Shown: positions 1 to 8,943, counted from the stretch's first letter. The stretch is DNA of 64,000 nt from Candidatus Saccharimonadota bacterium (GCA_037141755.1 JBAXBX010000002.1:28915-92914); one strand, 5' to 3'. Notes: generated by a model not told the origin, from the sequence alone. Translations and numbers: made by a program.

Positions 1-762
1 GCTCATGTTGTATCAGTTTTGGCGCCACATCTAACAAACTTACAAAAAGCCTCTGAAACCGCCAAAGTTACACCACATTCAATTATTATTGCTGGTGTTG
101 CGGCTGCTCGGTCGGTATTAAGCGAACAACAGATTGAAAACGGTGTTGTTTTGATTGATATTGGTGGCGCCACAACTAACGTTGCTATTTACGAGGAAGG
201 TGATTTGCAATTTACGGCCGTTATTCCGATTGGTGGCGTCAATATTACCAATGATTTGGCAATTGGGCTAAAGACCGATCCTGAAATTGCCGAAAAATTA
301 AAACTTGAACACGCGTCGGCTGTTAGTCGCAAAGAATCATCTGGCATCAGTATAAAACATGGTGGTGAAATTCACAGTTTTAACACTTCAGAGATTGACG
401 AAATTGTTGAAGCGCGATTAGAAGAAATTTTTGAAGCTGTTAACCACGAATTAAAGCGTGCTGGTAGGGCAGGAAAATTACCAAGCGGTGCTGTTTTGAC
501 CGGTGGAACTGCTCAACTAAAGGGAGTTGCTGATTACGCCAAAGAATCACTAGGTTTGGCGGCACGTGTCGGCATTGCAAGCGGTTTTGGCGGTGTGGCT
601 GATGGTGTCGACAAACCTCAATTTGCAACTGTTATTGGTCTAATGTTAATTGATGCCGAAGGTGGTGGTGCAACTAAACATAACGACAAATCCAGAGGTA
701 AAGGTGCTATTTCAAAGGGCTTTGGTACATTATCAAAATTGTTTGGACGTTCAAGGGCTTAG
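1..762 (+). CDS. ftsA: cell division protein FtsA, C-terminal part (5' end lies outside the window)
   Basis: The frame is open from base 1. Actin-like ATPase motifs are present (VLIDIGGATTNVAIY, AVLTGGTAQLKG). It sits immediately upstream of ftsZ. Confidence 0.85.
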   Translation, partial: AHVVSVLAPHLTNLQKASETAKVTPHSIIIAGVAAARSVLSEQQIENGVVLIDIGGATTNVAIYEEGDLQFTAVIPIGGVNITNDLAIGLKTDPEIAEKLKLEHASAVSRKESSGISIKHGGEIHSFNTSEIDEIVEARLEEIFEAVNHELKRAGRAGKLPSGAVLTGGTAQLKGVADYAKESLGLAARVGIASGFGGVADGVDKPQFATVIGLMLIDAEGGGATKHNDKSRGKGAISKGFGTLSKLFGRSRA

Positions 763-821
763 TGTTTTTTGGACCAAGTGTTATACTAGATATTGAATAA
801 GAATGTTGGAGATATAGTCAC

Positions 822-2024
822 ATGCCTGAAGTAAAACCAAGCGATATACAAACCTTTGCCAGCATAAAAGTTGTTGGCGTCGGCGGAGCGGGTGGCTCGG
901 CTGTTAATCGAATGAAAGATGCTGGATTAACCGGTGTTCAATTCATTGCTATGAATACTGACGCTCAAGCGTTGCATAACAGTAAAGCCGATGTCAAAAT
1001 TCACCTGGGTAGTACTACAACTGGTGGATTAGGTGCCGGTGCAAACCCAACCGTTGGTGAAGCCGCTGCTAATGAATCTCGTGATCAAATTCGTGAAGCT
1101 TTAACTGGTGCTGATATGGTCTTTGTGACAATTGGTGCTGGTGGTGGTACAGGTAGTGGTGCTGGTTACGTTGTGGCAGAAGTGGCCCGTGAACTAGGCA
1201 TTCTAGTTGTTGGCGTTGCAACCAAGCCGTTTAGCTTTGAAGGTGAAAAACGCCGTCAAAATGCTGAATGGGCAATTAACCAATTAGGTCGCCAAGTTGA
1301 CACACTAATTACGATTCCAAACGACCGTTTGTTACAAACAATCGATCGTCGTACACCTCTACTTGAGACTTTCAAGATTGCTGATGACGTTTTACGTCAA
1401 GGCGTTCAAGGTATTTCAGAATTAATTACCGAACACGGTTTAATTAACCTGGACTTTGCTGACGTCAGGGCTATTATGAGCAACGCCGGATCAGCCTTGA
1501 TGGGAATTGGACGTGCTAGTGGTGAAAATCGCGCTGCCCAAGCTGCTCAACAAGCAATTGAATCACCACTGATCGAAGTTTCAATCGATGGTGCCAAAGG
1601 CGTTTTGTTCAACGTTACAGGTGGTTATGACATGAGTATGAGCGAAATCCAAGAAGCCGCTGAAATTATTACCAGCGCTGTTTCACCAGATGCTAATATT
1701 ATCTTTGGCGCAACCCTGAAGGCTGATTTGGAAGACGAATTAATCATTACAGTAATTGCAACTGGTTTTGATTCAGCTTATTTCCATCAAGACCAGCCAA
1801 AAACTGAAGAAAAAACTGCTCAACAGGTAACTGATCAAGTGATTGGTGAAAAAGTTGGCGATATTGATTTGAATTTAGACCACAGCGAATCATCGGCTAT
1901 ATTCGCCGAAGAAAATACACACGATATTTGGAATCAACCACCAGAAGACGAAGAAAAGTCAGATATTCCAGCATTTTTGCGTCGCCGTAAAAAGAACAAA
2001 AATCCAGACAACAAGGAAAATTAG
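822..2024 (+). CDS. ftsZ: cell division GTPase FtsZ
   Basis: Tubulin signature GGGTGSGA, a conserved C-terminal peptide DIPAFLRRR, and a GGAG RBS upstream. Confidence 0.95.
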   Translation: MPEVKPSDIQTFASIKVVGVGGAGGSAVNRMKDAGLTGVQFIAMNTDAQALHNSKADVKIHLGSTTTGGLGAGANPTVGEAAANESRDQIREALTGADMVFVTIGAGGGTGSGAGYVVAEVARELGILVVGVATKPFSFEGEKRRQNAEWAINQLGRQVDTLITIPNDRLLQTIDRRTPLLETFKIADDVLRQGVQGISELITEHGLINLDFADVRAIMSNAGSALMGIGRASGENRAAQAAQQAIESPLIEVSIDGAKGVLFNVTGGYDMSMSEIQEAAEIITSAVSPDANIIFGATLKADLEDELIITVIATGFDSAYFHQDQPKTEEKTAQQVTDQVIGEKVGDIDLNLDHSESSAIFAEENTHDIWNQPPEDEEKSDIPAFLRRRKKNKNPDNKEN

Positions 2025-2029
2025 TCAAA

Positions 2030-2485
2030 ATGGCCAAGTATAATATTGGTGACAGCCGAGTAATTGAATCGCGCGAAGTTAGCGATGGCATTACGATTCG
2101 TCGTCGTCGTGAATCGCCTGACGGTAAACGCTTTACGACCTACGAAAGGGTTGAAAAGCCTAACTTAGCGGTTATTAAAAAAAGTGGCGTCCGTGAATTA
2201 TTCGAACGCGACAAATTATCTAGTGCTATTAAACGTTCAGTTGGCAAATTTTTTGCGTCGGAAGTCGAAGTCGAAGAAATGATATCTGAAATTGAAGATG
2301 CTTTGTATCTGATTGGTGAAAACGAAATTACATCTAAGCAAATTGGCGACAAGGTGTTAGACGAACTGGCAAAACGCAATGACGTTGCGTATGTTCGCTA
2401 CGCCAGTGTTTATTATAAATTTAAAACCCTAGACGATTTTGTCAAAATTCTTGAACAACGCCGTACTCAAAAGAAGGAATCGTAA
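2030..2485 (+). CDS. nrdR: NrdR-family transcriptional repressor with an ATP-cone, lacking the four zinc-ribbon cysteines
   Basis: SRVIESR...IRRRR...RFTTYERVE plus an ATP-cone (VIKKSGVRELFERDKL) matches the NrdR layout. The CxxC...CxxC positions read MAKY and SPDG. Confidence 0.8.
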   Translation: MAKYNIGDSRVIESREVSDGITIRRRRESPDGKRFTTYERVEKPNLAVIKKSGVRELFERDKLSSAIKRSVGKFFASEVEVEEMISEIEDALYLIGENEITSKQIGDKVLDELAKRNDVAYVRYASVYYKFKTLDDFVKILEQRRTQKKES

Positions 2486-2489
2486 TAAT

Positions 2490-2750
2490 ATGCGGGTGGT
2501 AGTAATTTACAAAGATCAAACAGATTATACTCGGACAGTATTGGACTTTTTGCGTGATTTTCAACATCAAACTGGTCACGAGCTTGAAACGCTTGACCCC
2601 GATACAGCTGGTGGCACACAATTCTGTGACACCTACGATATTGTTGATTATCCAACAATCATTGCCGTTAGTGATGATAGTATAATGCAAAATTCTTGGC
2701 GCGGTTTGCCACTGCCAACAATCAGCGAATTGAGTTATTATGTTCAGTAA
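2490..2750 (+). CDS. small hypothetical protein, possibly thioredoxin-fold-like without CXXC
   Basis: An ATG follows an AAGGAA RBS. The beta-alpha-beta-like start MRVVVIYKDQTDYTR and its overlap with the VKOR gene are the only support. Confidence 0.4.
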   Translation: MRVVVIYKDQTDYTRTVLDFLRDFQHQTGHELETLDPDTAGGTQFCDTYDIVDYPTIIAVSDDSIMQNSWRGLPLPTISELSYYVQ

Positions 2751-3372
2751 ATTTATTAATTTTTTTACCCACCGCGACCAAAAAATACGTAGTAAACGCT
2801 GGATATTTATTGTCATCTTAGTGACAGCTGTTTTGGGTCTTTTGGCGGCTTTTGTGTTGTCGGTTGATGCAGTTGTGCTTGCTAAGGATTCAAAGGCTGT
2901 ACTTAGTTGCAATATTAACCCTATTATTAATTGTGGAGCAGTAGCTAACTCTCCATATTCGTCGATGCTGGGCTTTCCAAACAGCTTTTTGGGTATGATG
3001 GTTGAACCTGTTTTTGTCATTGTGGCAATTGCTGGACTTTACGGTGTTAAATTCCCACGTCAATTTATGTTTGGCGTCCAAATTGCGGCATTATTTGCAC
3101 TAATTTATGCATTTTTCCTGTTTGATATTAGTGTAAATATTATTCAGGCGCTGTGTCCATGGTGTCTATTGGTTGATGTAGTGACGATAATTATGGTTGC
3201 CGCTATTACTCGTTACAATATAATTGACGATAATTTATATTTATCAAAGAAAGTTTCTGCAAAATTTAAAGAATTTGTCGTCAGAGATTTTGACAAATTT
3301 GCTGCTGCGCTGTTAATCGTGCTTGGCATTGCGACGATTATTGTCAAATTTGGCAGTGGTCTTTTCGCCTAA
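2740..3372 (+). CDS. vitamin K epoxide reductase (VKOR) family membrane protein
   Basis: Multi-TM protein with a loop cysteine pair (SCNINPIINC) and an active-site-like CPWC in a TM helix. Confidence 0.7.
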   Translation: MFSKFINFFTHRDQKIRSKRWIFIVILVTAVLGLLAAFVLSVDAVVLAKDSKAVLSCNINPIINCGAVANSPYSSMLGFPNSFLGMMVEPVFVIVAIAGLYGVKFPRQFMFGVQIAALFALIYAFFLFDISVNIIQALCPWCLLVDVVTIIMVAAITRYNIIDDNLYLSKKVSAKFKEFVVRDFDKFAAALLIVLGIATIIVKFGSGLFA

Positions 3373-3383
3373 ATAATCTTTAC

Positions 3384-3412
3384 TTGCGTACAGTAGTAAA
3401 AATGACTATAAT
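3384..3412 (+). promoter_or_regulatory. sigma70-like promoter of the ileS leader (TTGCGT-17 nt-TATAAT)
   Basis: -35 at 3384-3389, -10 at 3407-3412, with an exact 17-nt spacer. Confidence 0.45.
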
Positions 3413-3419
3413 GTATGTT

Positions 3420-3590
3420 GAACGTCCTATGAATTAGGTGAGTGACTATCAACCACGAATGTTCAAACGGCATCGACCCGTCAGATCGAATAAACTAAGC
3501 GCTAAAAGGAATCTCTTTTTAGAAACTGGATGGTACCGTCCTATCGTATGATGGGGCTCCAGTCACTAAATAGGGATTTTTTGTTTTTCA
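3420..3590 (+). promoter_or_regulatory. probable T-box leader (Ile specifier) upstream of ileS
   Basis: UGGAUGGUACCG at 3527-3538 resembles the T-box core GGGUGGUACCGCG. There is a short stem I (GTTGAAC...GTTCAAAC) with AUC-A at 3448-3451. A U-rich tract at 3577-3588 follows a weak hairpin. Confidence 0.5.
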
Positions 3591-3605
3591 AAGAAAGGAA
3601 ACAAA

Positions 3606-6509
3606 ATGAAATTTAAATCAGGCACCCGCAGACGAGCATTGGAATACGAGAAAGATTTAGTTGCCCAGTGGAAGCAAAACAAAACTTTTGAAAAATCAGT
3701 CAATCAACGACCAATCGAAAATTCGTATGTTTTTTACGATGGTCCACCATTTATTACTGGTGTACCACATTATGGAACCTTGCTAAGTAGTATTGTCAAA
3801 GACGCCGTGCCAAGGTATCAAACCATGAAAGGCAAACGTGTCGAGCGTCGTTGGGGTTGGGATTGTCATGGACTGCCCGCCGAAAACTTCGTCGAGAAAA
3901 AATTAGGTATAACCAGCCGACATGACATTGGCGAAAAAATTAGTTTAGCTGATTATATTACAACTGCACGCGATAACATGGTTCAAAACAGTGCAACCTG
4001 GGAAGATACAATTGACCGTATTGGTCGTTGGGTTGACTTTAAGGGCGCCTACAAAACCATGGATAAAGATTTTATGGAATCCGTTTGGTGGGCCTTTAAA
4101 GCTTTGTACGAAAAAGGCAAGATTTATGAAGGTGAACGCGTTTTAATGTATGATACCAAGTGGGCGACACCACTGTCGAAGGCTGAAGTTACAATGGATG
4201 CCGGTGCTTATATTGTTGTGACTGACCCGAGTGTTTATGTGAAGTTCAAAATGGCTATTGGAATATGGAATATGGAAGATAGCGAATCTCGTAATAGTCA
4301 TCCAGTTTCGTTGTTGGCTTGGACAACGACGCCTTGGACTTTGCCTGGCAATACGGCGCTGGCGATTAATCCAAAGTTGATTTATGCCGAGGTTGAGTTA
4401 GAAGGCGAGCATTTTATTATCGCCAAGGACTTAGTTGATGCCGTACTGACAAATGAGAAACATGTTGTTTTGGACTACAAAATTATTCGAACGTTCAAGG
4501 GTTCAAAATTAATAGGTTTGACCTACGAACCACTATTTGGTGACCGTGGCGACAATGCACACAAAATTTGGGCAGCTGATTATGTAACAACCGAATCAGG
4601 TACGGGTATTGTTCATATTGCGCCAGCTTATGGTGAAGAAGACTTTGCTTTGGCTAAAGAAAACAATATTCCCGTGGTTCATGTCTTGGACGAATACGGT
4701 AAATATATCGAAACTGAATGGTTAGGCAGTGATGTTTGGGAAATTAACAAAACTATTGCCAAAACTTTACACGAACGTGGCGTTGTTTGGAAAATTGATT
4801 ACATTCGTCACGAGTATCCACACAACCCACGCACTGGTAATCGTTTGATGTATCGGGCACATCCAAGTTGGTTTATGGATATCGATGGTCAACGAACTGA
4901 AATGTTAGCTGAAAACACTGAACACATAAATTGGTTTCCGGACCACATAAAACACGGTCGTTTTGAAAAAACTATCGAGACTGCACCAGATTGGAATTTG
5001 TCGCGCGATCGTTTTTGGGCGACAGCAATGCCAGTTTGGAAGGGGATTGATGCTGACGGTAACGAACTTATCAAAGTCATTGGCAGTTACGCCGAGCTTA
5101 AAGAACTTAGCGGCGTTGAGTTGCAGGATTATCACCGCCCATGGGTTGATGACATTAAATTTACGATTGATGGTGTCGAATATACTCGCATCGACAAAGT
5201 TTTGGATGGTTGGTTTGAAAGTGGCAGTATGCCATTTGCACAATTCCATTATCCATTCGAAAATGTTGCCAAATTTGAAGCCAACTTTCCTGGTGACTTT
5301 ATCGTTGAATATGTCGGTCAGGTTAGGGCTTGGTTTTACTACGTGCATGCCGTAAACGTTGGACTGTTTGGTCATAATGCCTTCAAAAACGTTATTGTGA
5401 CCGGAACAATCGCTGGTAATGACGGCCGCAAGATGAGCAAAAGTTATGGTAATTATACCGACACTAATGAATTAATGGATAAATTTAGCGCTGACAGTTT
5501 ACGCTTCTTATTATTGTCCAGCCCGTTACTTAGCGGTGAAGATTTTGCGTTGCAAGACAAAGAAGTCGGTGACGTGGCCCGAAAATTGTCGATGATTTGG
5601 AACATGTACGACTTTTTCACGATGTATGCCGAAGTTGACAGGTGGGAGTTTACGGGTGATTTGTCAGACCCAGTTGAATCGCTAACTAATCCACTGGATA
5701 TTTGGGTTGTCAGTCGTTTACACCAATTAACAGCTGAAGTCGAAAGCAAAATGGATGGTTATGATGTGGCCGGTGCGCTTAAACCTGTACTACCATTTAT
5801 TGAAGACGCCAGCAACTGGTATGTCCGTCGCAGTCGTCGCCGTTTTTGGAAGGCAGGGGATGATACCGACAAAAACAATGCTTACCGAACATTACATTAC
5901 GTACTAGTCCAATTATCGATGATATTAGCACCATTTACGCCATTTTTGGCTGAAGAATTGTATCAAAAACTAATTGGCGGTGAAAGTGTTCACTTGTTGG
6001 ATTGGCCAACGGTTGGACATATTAATGAGTTGGTTGTTACCGAAATGGAAACGGTTCGTGATTACGTAAATCAAGGCCTTAGCATTCGAGCCCGCGAACA
6101 TCAAAAAGTTCGTCAGCCACTAGCTAGCGTTACAGTCCAGAAAATGGGTGAATTTGTTGATTTTGCCGATATTTTAAGCGAAGAATTAAACGTCAAATCA
6201 GTCTTAACTGGCCCAGAATTTAGTCTTGATTTAACGATTACGCCAGAATTAAAAAGTGAAGGCATTGCCCGCGAAGTTATTCGCCATATTCAAACTGCCC
6301 GCAAAGATGCTGGCCTAAATATCGACGATCGAATTCAACTGGTCTTATTAACAGATGACAATGAACTAAAACAGGCGATTGTTGACCATAAAAAAGTAAT
6401 TGTCGAAGAAGTTTTGGCAACCGAGCTTCACGCCACTGGCGACAAAGATTATACTGCCAAAGTTAAAATTGACGCTGCTGATTTAACCATATCTTTGCAA
6501 AAAGCCTAA
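3606..6509 (+). CDS. ileS: isoleucine--tRNA ligase
   Basis: 967 aa with a class I HIGH-like PHYGTLL, KMSKS, WDCHGLP, and an editing-domain-sized insertion. Confidence 0.95.
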   Translation: MKFKSGTRRRALEYEKDLVAQWKQNKTFEKSVNQRPIENSYVFYDGPPFITGVPHYGTLLSSIVKDAVPRYQTMKGKRVERRWGWDCHGLPAENFVEKKLGITSRHDIGEKISLADYITTARDNMVQNSATWEDTIDRIGRWVDFKGAYKTMDKDFMESVWWAFKALYEKGKIYEGERVLMYDTKWATPLSKAEVTMDAGAYIVVTDPSVYVKFKMAIGIWNMEDSESRNSHPVSLLAWTTTPWTLPGNTALAINPKLIYAEVELEGEHFIIAKDLVDAVLTNEKHVVLDYKIIRTFKGSKLIGLTYEPLFGDRGDNAHKIWAADYVTTESGTGIVHIAPAYGEEDFALAKENNIPVVHVLDEYGKYIETEWLGSDVWEINKTIAKTLHERGVVWKIDYIRHEYPHNPRTGNRLMYRAHPSWFMDIDGQRTEMLAENTEHINWFPDHIKHGRFEKTIETAPDWNLSRDRFWATAMPVWKGIDADGNELIKVIGSYAELKELSGVELQDYHRPWVDDIKFTIDGVEYTRIDKVLDGWFESGSMPFAQFHYPFENVAKFEANFPGDFIVEYVGQVRAWFYYVHAVNVGLFGHNAFKNVIVTGTIAGNDGRKMSKSYGNYTDTNELMDKFSADSLRFLLLSSPLLSGEDFALQDKEVGDVARKLSMIWNMYDFFTMYAEVDRWEFTGDLSDPVESLTNPLDIWVVSRLHQLTAEVESKMDGYDVAGALKPVLPFIEDASNWYVRRSRRRFWKAGDDTDKNNAYRTLHYVLVQLSMILAPFTPFLAEELYQKLIGGESVHLLDWPTVGHINELVVTEMETVRDYVNQGLSIRAREHQKVRQPLASVTVQKMGEFVDFADILSEELNVKSVLTGPEFSLDLTITPELKSEGIAREVIRHIQTARKDAGLNIDDRIQLVLLTDDNELKQAIVDHKKVIVEEVLATELHATGDKDYTAKVKIDAADLTISLQKA

Positions 6510-6569
6510 ATAATATAATCGGTTAACGTGCTAAAATAAAAACATAAACACGATTAAATTGGAGTACCT

Positions 6570-7256
6570 ATGGACCCAAACACTTTACCGAATCAACCAG
6601 TGCCCGAAACACCACAACCAACGCCAGTGGTGACACCTGTGCAACAGTCAGTCGCTCAACCTCAACAGCCTTATATACCACCGCAGCCTGTTGGTGGTGT
6701 TCAGACACCACGACTAGTCGCAAAAGCAAAAAGTTTGCCGCTAAAAATCATAATCGGTGTAATAGTTATCATATTAATTGCTGGCGGAGTGAGCGCCTAC
6801 GTTATGTTTACTAGTCAAAAGGCTAGTGACACAACGACAAAAGTAGTCAAAACGTCAGACAATTCTGCTTCAAAGCCAACTACAACCAATTCTTTTAGCC
6901 CGTATGTAAATGCGAATAATGCCAAAGCAATAACTAACGCCCAGACAGTATCGAATGTGGCTGAAGTTTATTTTGCAGATTCTGGTTTTTACCCAGCTTC
7001 GGCAATTGATTTGATGAACGGTGACAGCACCTCGCAAGTGCCAAAAGGCATAACAATCATGCCTGGGGCTGAACCATCTCCGTTAAATGCCACCAATGGG
7101 ACCGACCACGTTACTTGGTCATGCTTGGTCACTTGTACCGAAACAAAAGGCGGCAAGATTACATACTGGGATTATACAACTAGCGCTGTCTCGACGGATG
7201 TAATTTATGCTGGTGATGCAACTGTACATTCAACATTTGTTAATCCAGCATCTTAG
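6570..7256 (+). CDS. hypothetical single-pass membrane protein with a Pro/Gln-rich N-terminal tail and a pilin-like ectodomain
   Basis: The N-terminal ~55 aa are P/Q/V-rich, followed by one TM helix. The ectodomain has AKAITNAQTVSNVAEVYFADSGFYP and a late C..C pair. Confidence 0.5.
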   Translation: MDPNTLPNQPVPETPQPTPVVTPVQQSVAQPQQPYIPPQPVGGVQTPRLVAKAKSLPLKIIIGVIVIILIAGGVSAYVMFTSQKASDTTTKVVKTSDNSASKPTTTNSFSPYVNANNAKAITNAQTVSNVAEVYFADSGFYPASAIDLMNGDSTSQVPKGITIMPGAEPSPLNATNGTDHVTWSCLVTCTETKGGKITYWDYTTSAVSTDVIYAGDATVHSTFVNPAS

Positions 7257-7328
7257 TCACAATATATGCTTGCAATTTCATAAACTTTATGCTTAAATAG
7301 GTATAAAGGTAAACAAAAACAAACAAAA

Positions 7329-7520
7329 ATGTCATTACTAAACTATCTGCGATTTCAAGAAATAGACTCGTCACCAGACGATATTTCTGACACGCATCGT
7401 GAACAAGACGATATTTTGTTGGATGAAAAACTTGACGAACAATCACTAGAAGAATTTTGGGAACAAGTCGTCCAAGATATTCACGATGATCCTGACTGGT
7501 TTTCGTTTGCCGATGAATAA
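7329..7520 (+). CDS. small acidic hypothetical protein
   Basis: 63-aa ORF that is highly D/E-rich. It lies 17 nt upstream of the next gene. I recognise no family. Confidence 0.35.
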   Translation: MSLLNYLRFQEIDSSPDDISDTHREQDDILLDEKLDEQSLEEFWEQVVQDIHDDPDWFSFADE

Positions 7521-7537
7521 GACTGTATAATTAGTAC

Positions 7538-7915
7538 ATGACTGATGCGGAATTTGATATTTTGATTACCAAGGCGATGAATGAATTGCCTCAAAAATAT
7601 ATTAAGGGTTTGGATAATGTGGCAATTGTTATGGCGGATAATCCAACGCCCGAACAGCGCCAAAAAATGAATATCGATAGCGACCATCTGTTGTTGGGTC
7701 TATATGAAGGCATTCCATTAACCCAACGTGGGGCAGGCTATTCATTTGTATTACCTGACAAAATTACACTATTCAAAAATTCACTTATCGCCTCAGTAAA
7801 CAATGAAACTGATTTATTTGAACAAATCAAACATACACTTTGGCATGAAATTGCGCATTATTATGGGCTAGATCACGACAGGATTGATCAACTGAGGCGC
7901 AACAATAAACACTAG
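7538..7915 (+). CDS. zincin-like metallopeptidase family protein (DUF1025-like)
   Basis: C-terminal HEIAHYYGLDHDRI (HExxH) and a size of about 125 aa are typical of this family. Confidence 0.65.
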   Translation: MTDAEFDILITKAMNELPQKYIKGLDNVAIVMADNPTPEQRQKMNIDSDHLLLGLYEGIPLTQRGAGYSFVLPDKITLFKNSLIASVNNETDLFEQIKHTLWHEIAHYYGLDHDRIDQLRRNNKH

Positions 7916-7939
7916 TCTTGTTAGTACGCTATATCCGGT

Positions 7940-7967
7940 CGCTGGAGGACAGTCCTCTAGAGGTGTT
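7940..7967. repeat. left 28-bp inverted repeat (cgctggaggacagtcctctagaggtgtt)
   Basis: Its reverse complement matches 8697-8724 at 27 of 28 positions. It contains the nested palindromes GAGGACAGTCCTC and CCTCTAGAGG. Confidence 0.9.
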
Positions 7968-7981
7968 GTTTTGTGCTAGTT

Positions 7982-8611
7982 TTATTTATTCGCAAGTTGG
8001 TCTTTTATTTCATGCAATGTGTCGCGCATCTCTTCGTAATCTGAGACAAAATCAAGATACGATTGTCTAGAAGTAAATAACTCTAAAATTCTAGCTGAAG
8101 TAAGCCAGTTTGGTTCTTTGCCATGTACATAGAAACTTAGGCTTGAGTATTTATACTTTTCCCATAATCTGGGATTCAGGTAAATGTAGCGACTAATATG
8201 TTGCAAATATGATTCTTGATCTATCCTGACAGCCTTGTAACGACTTTCAAACACTGATCCAGTTCGTTTATACTTTAAGTTAAAATAACGACTATAGCTT
8301 GTCATTACGCAGCGCATAAGCTTTTCTAGATAGGGTGTATCGATTTGGTATATCAGCAGATGGAAATGATTAGTCATCAGGCAATATGCCAAAACTTCAA
8401 TCTGTCCAAGGAAGTTAGGGTATATCTCGTTTGTTTTGCTGATAGCAGGCTCCTCGGATAGATATCGTTCGAATAACTTAAGGAAGTACTTATAGTCAGC
8501 ACTTTCTATAAATAGTTTTTGCCTATTAATACCTCTGGCATAAACATGATAATAAGAATTAGGTACTTGATTCTTGATTATATTCCTAGATGGCATATGT
8601 TCATTATACAT
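7982..8611 (-). CDS. HUH/Y1 transposase (IS200-like / REP-associated tyrosine transposase-like)
   Basis: HUH motif in TNHFHLLIY, a catalytic-Tyr region SRYIYLNP, and the YHVYARG start typical of the PF01797-type fold. Confidence 0.8.
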   Translation of the reverse strand: MYNEHMPSRNIIKNQVPNSYYHVYARGINRQKLFIESADYKYFLKLFERYLSEEPAISKTNEIYPNFLGQIEVLAYCLMTNHFHLLIYQIDTPYLEKLMRCVMTSYSRYFNLKYKRTGSVFESRYKAVRIDQESYLQHISRYIYLNPRLWEKYKYSSLSFYVHGKEPNWLTSARILELFTSRQSYLDFVSDYEEMRDTLHEIKDQLANK

Positions 8612-8696
8612 AATAACTACTATATTTTAAGCTTAAATTAATAATTAAATACATAAAAACCGTCTTTATAAACAGTGACAAAAAGTGACACGAAAT

Positions 8697-8724
8697 AACA
8701 CCTGTAGAGGACTGTCCTCCAGCG
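8697..8724. repeat. right 28-bp inverted repeat
   Basis: aacacctgtagaggactgtcctccagcg is the reverse complement of the left repeat with one mismatch. Confidence 0.9.
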
Positions 8725-8872
8725 AAGCTGTGTGTATAGCTATGTGATAGGGTATGAATAGGTATGTATATTTTGCAATATGCTTTACAAATGTACACTA
8801 TTGTAGTAATATATTGTTTAGTGAAATAAGGTGAAGTGGGCGATAGAATCTTTCTGAGGTTTCACAAAAAAT

Positions 8873-8896
8873 AGAGACGAGGGCGTCTCTTTTTTG
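8873..8896 (+). terminator. hairpin plus T-run (AGAGACG-aggg-CGTCTCT-TTTTTG), with T-runs on both sides
   Basis: 7-bp GC-containing stem followed by T5. It lies between the transposase unit and the glycan operon. Confidence 0.5.
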
Positions 8897-8943
8897 TATG
8901 TCAGAATAATCGCCAACTCGTAATTAAAAGGAGAGCCAAAGCT

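Larger units (their letters stand above)
7928..8740 (-). mobile_element. IS200/IS605-type or RAYT-like unit: a Y1 transposase gene bracketed by inverted repeats
   Basis: The outer GCTATA/TATAGC and the 28-bp inverted repeats at 7940-7967 and 8697-8724 flank the single HUH/Y1 gene. Confidence 0.6.

Noticed and set aside
2442-3020. Long antisense ORFs (this one, plus 4905-5375, 12050-12517, 50139-50507, 55134-55538, 26924-27193, 63671-63976 and the many 60-100 aa ones)
   Set aside because: All lie opposite or out of frame within confidently identified genes. Their compositions are low-complexity or odd, and there are no start signals. They are shadow ORFs.
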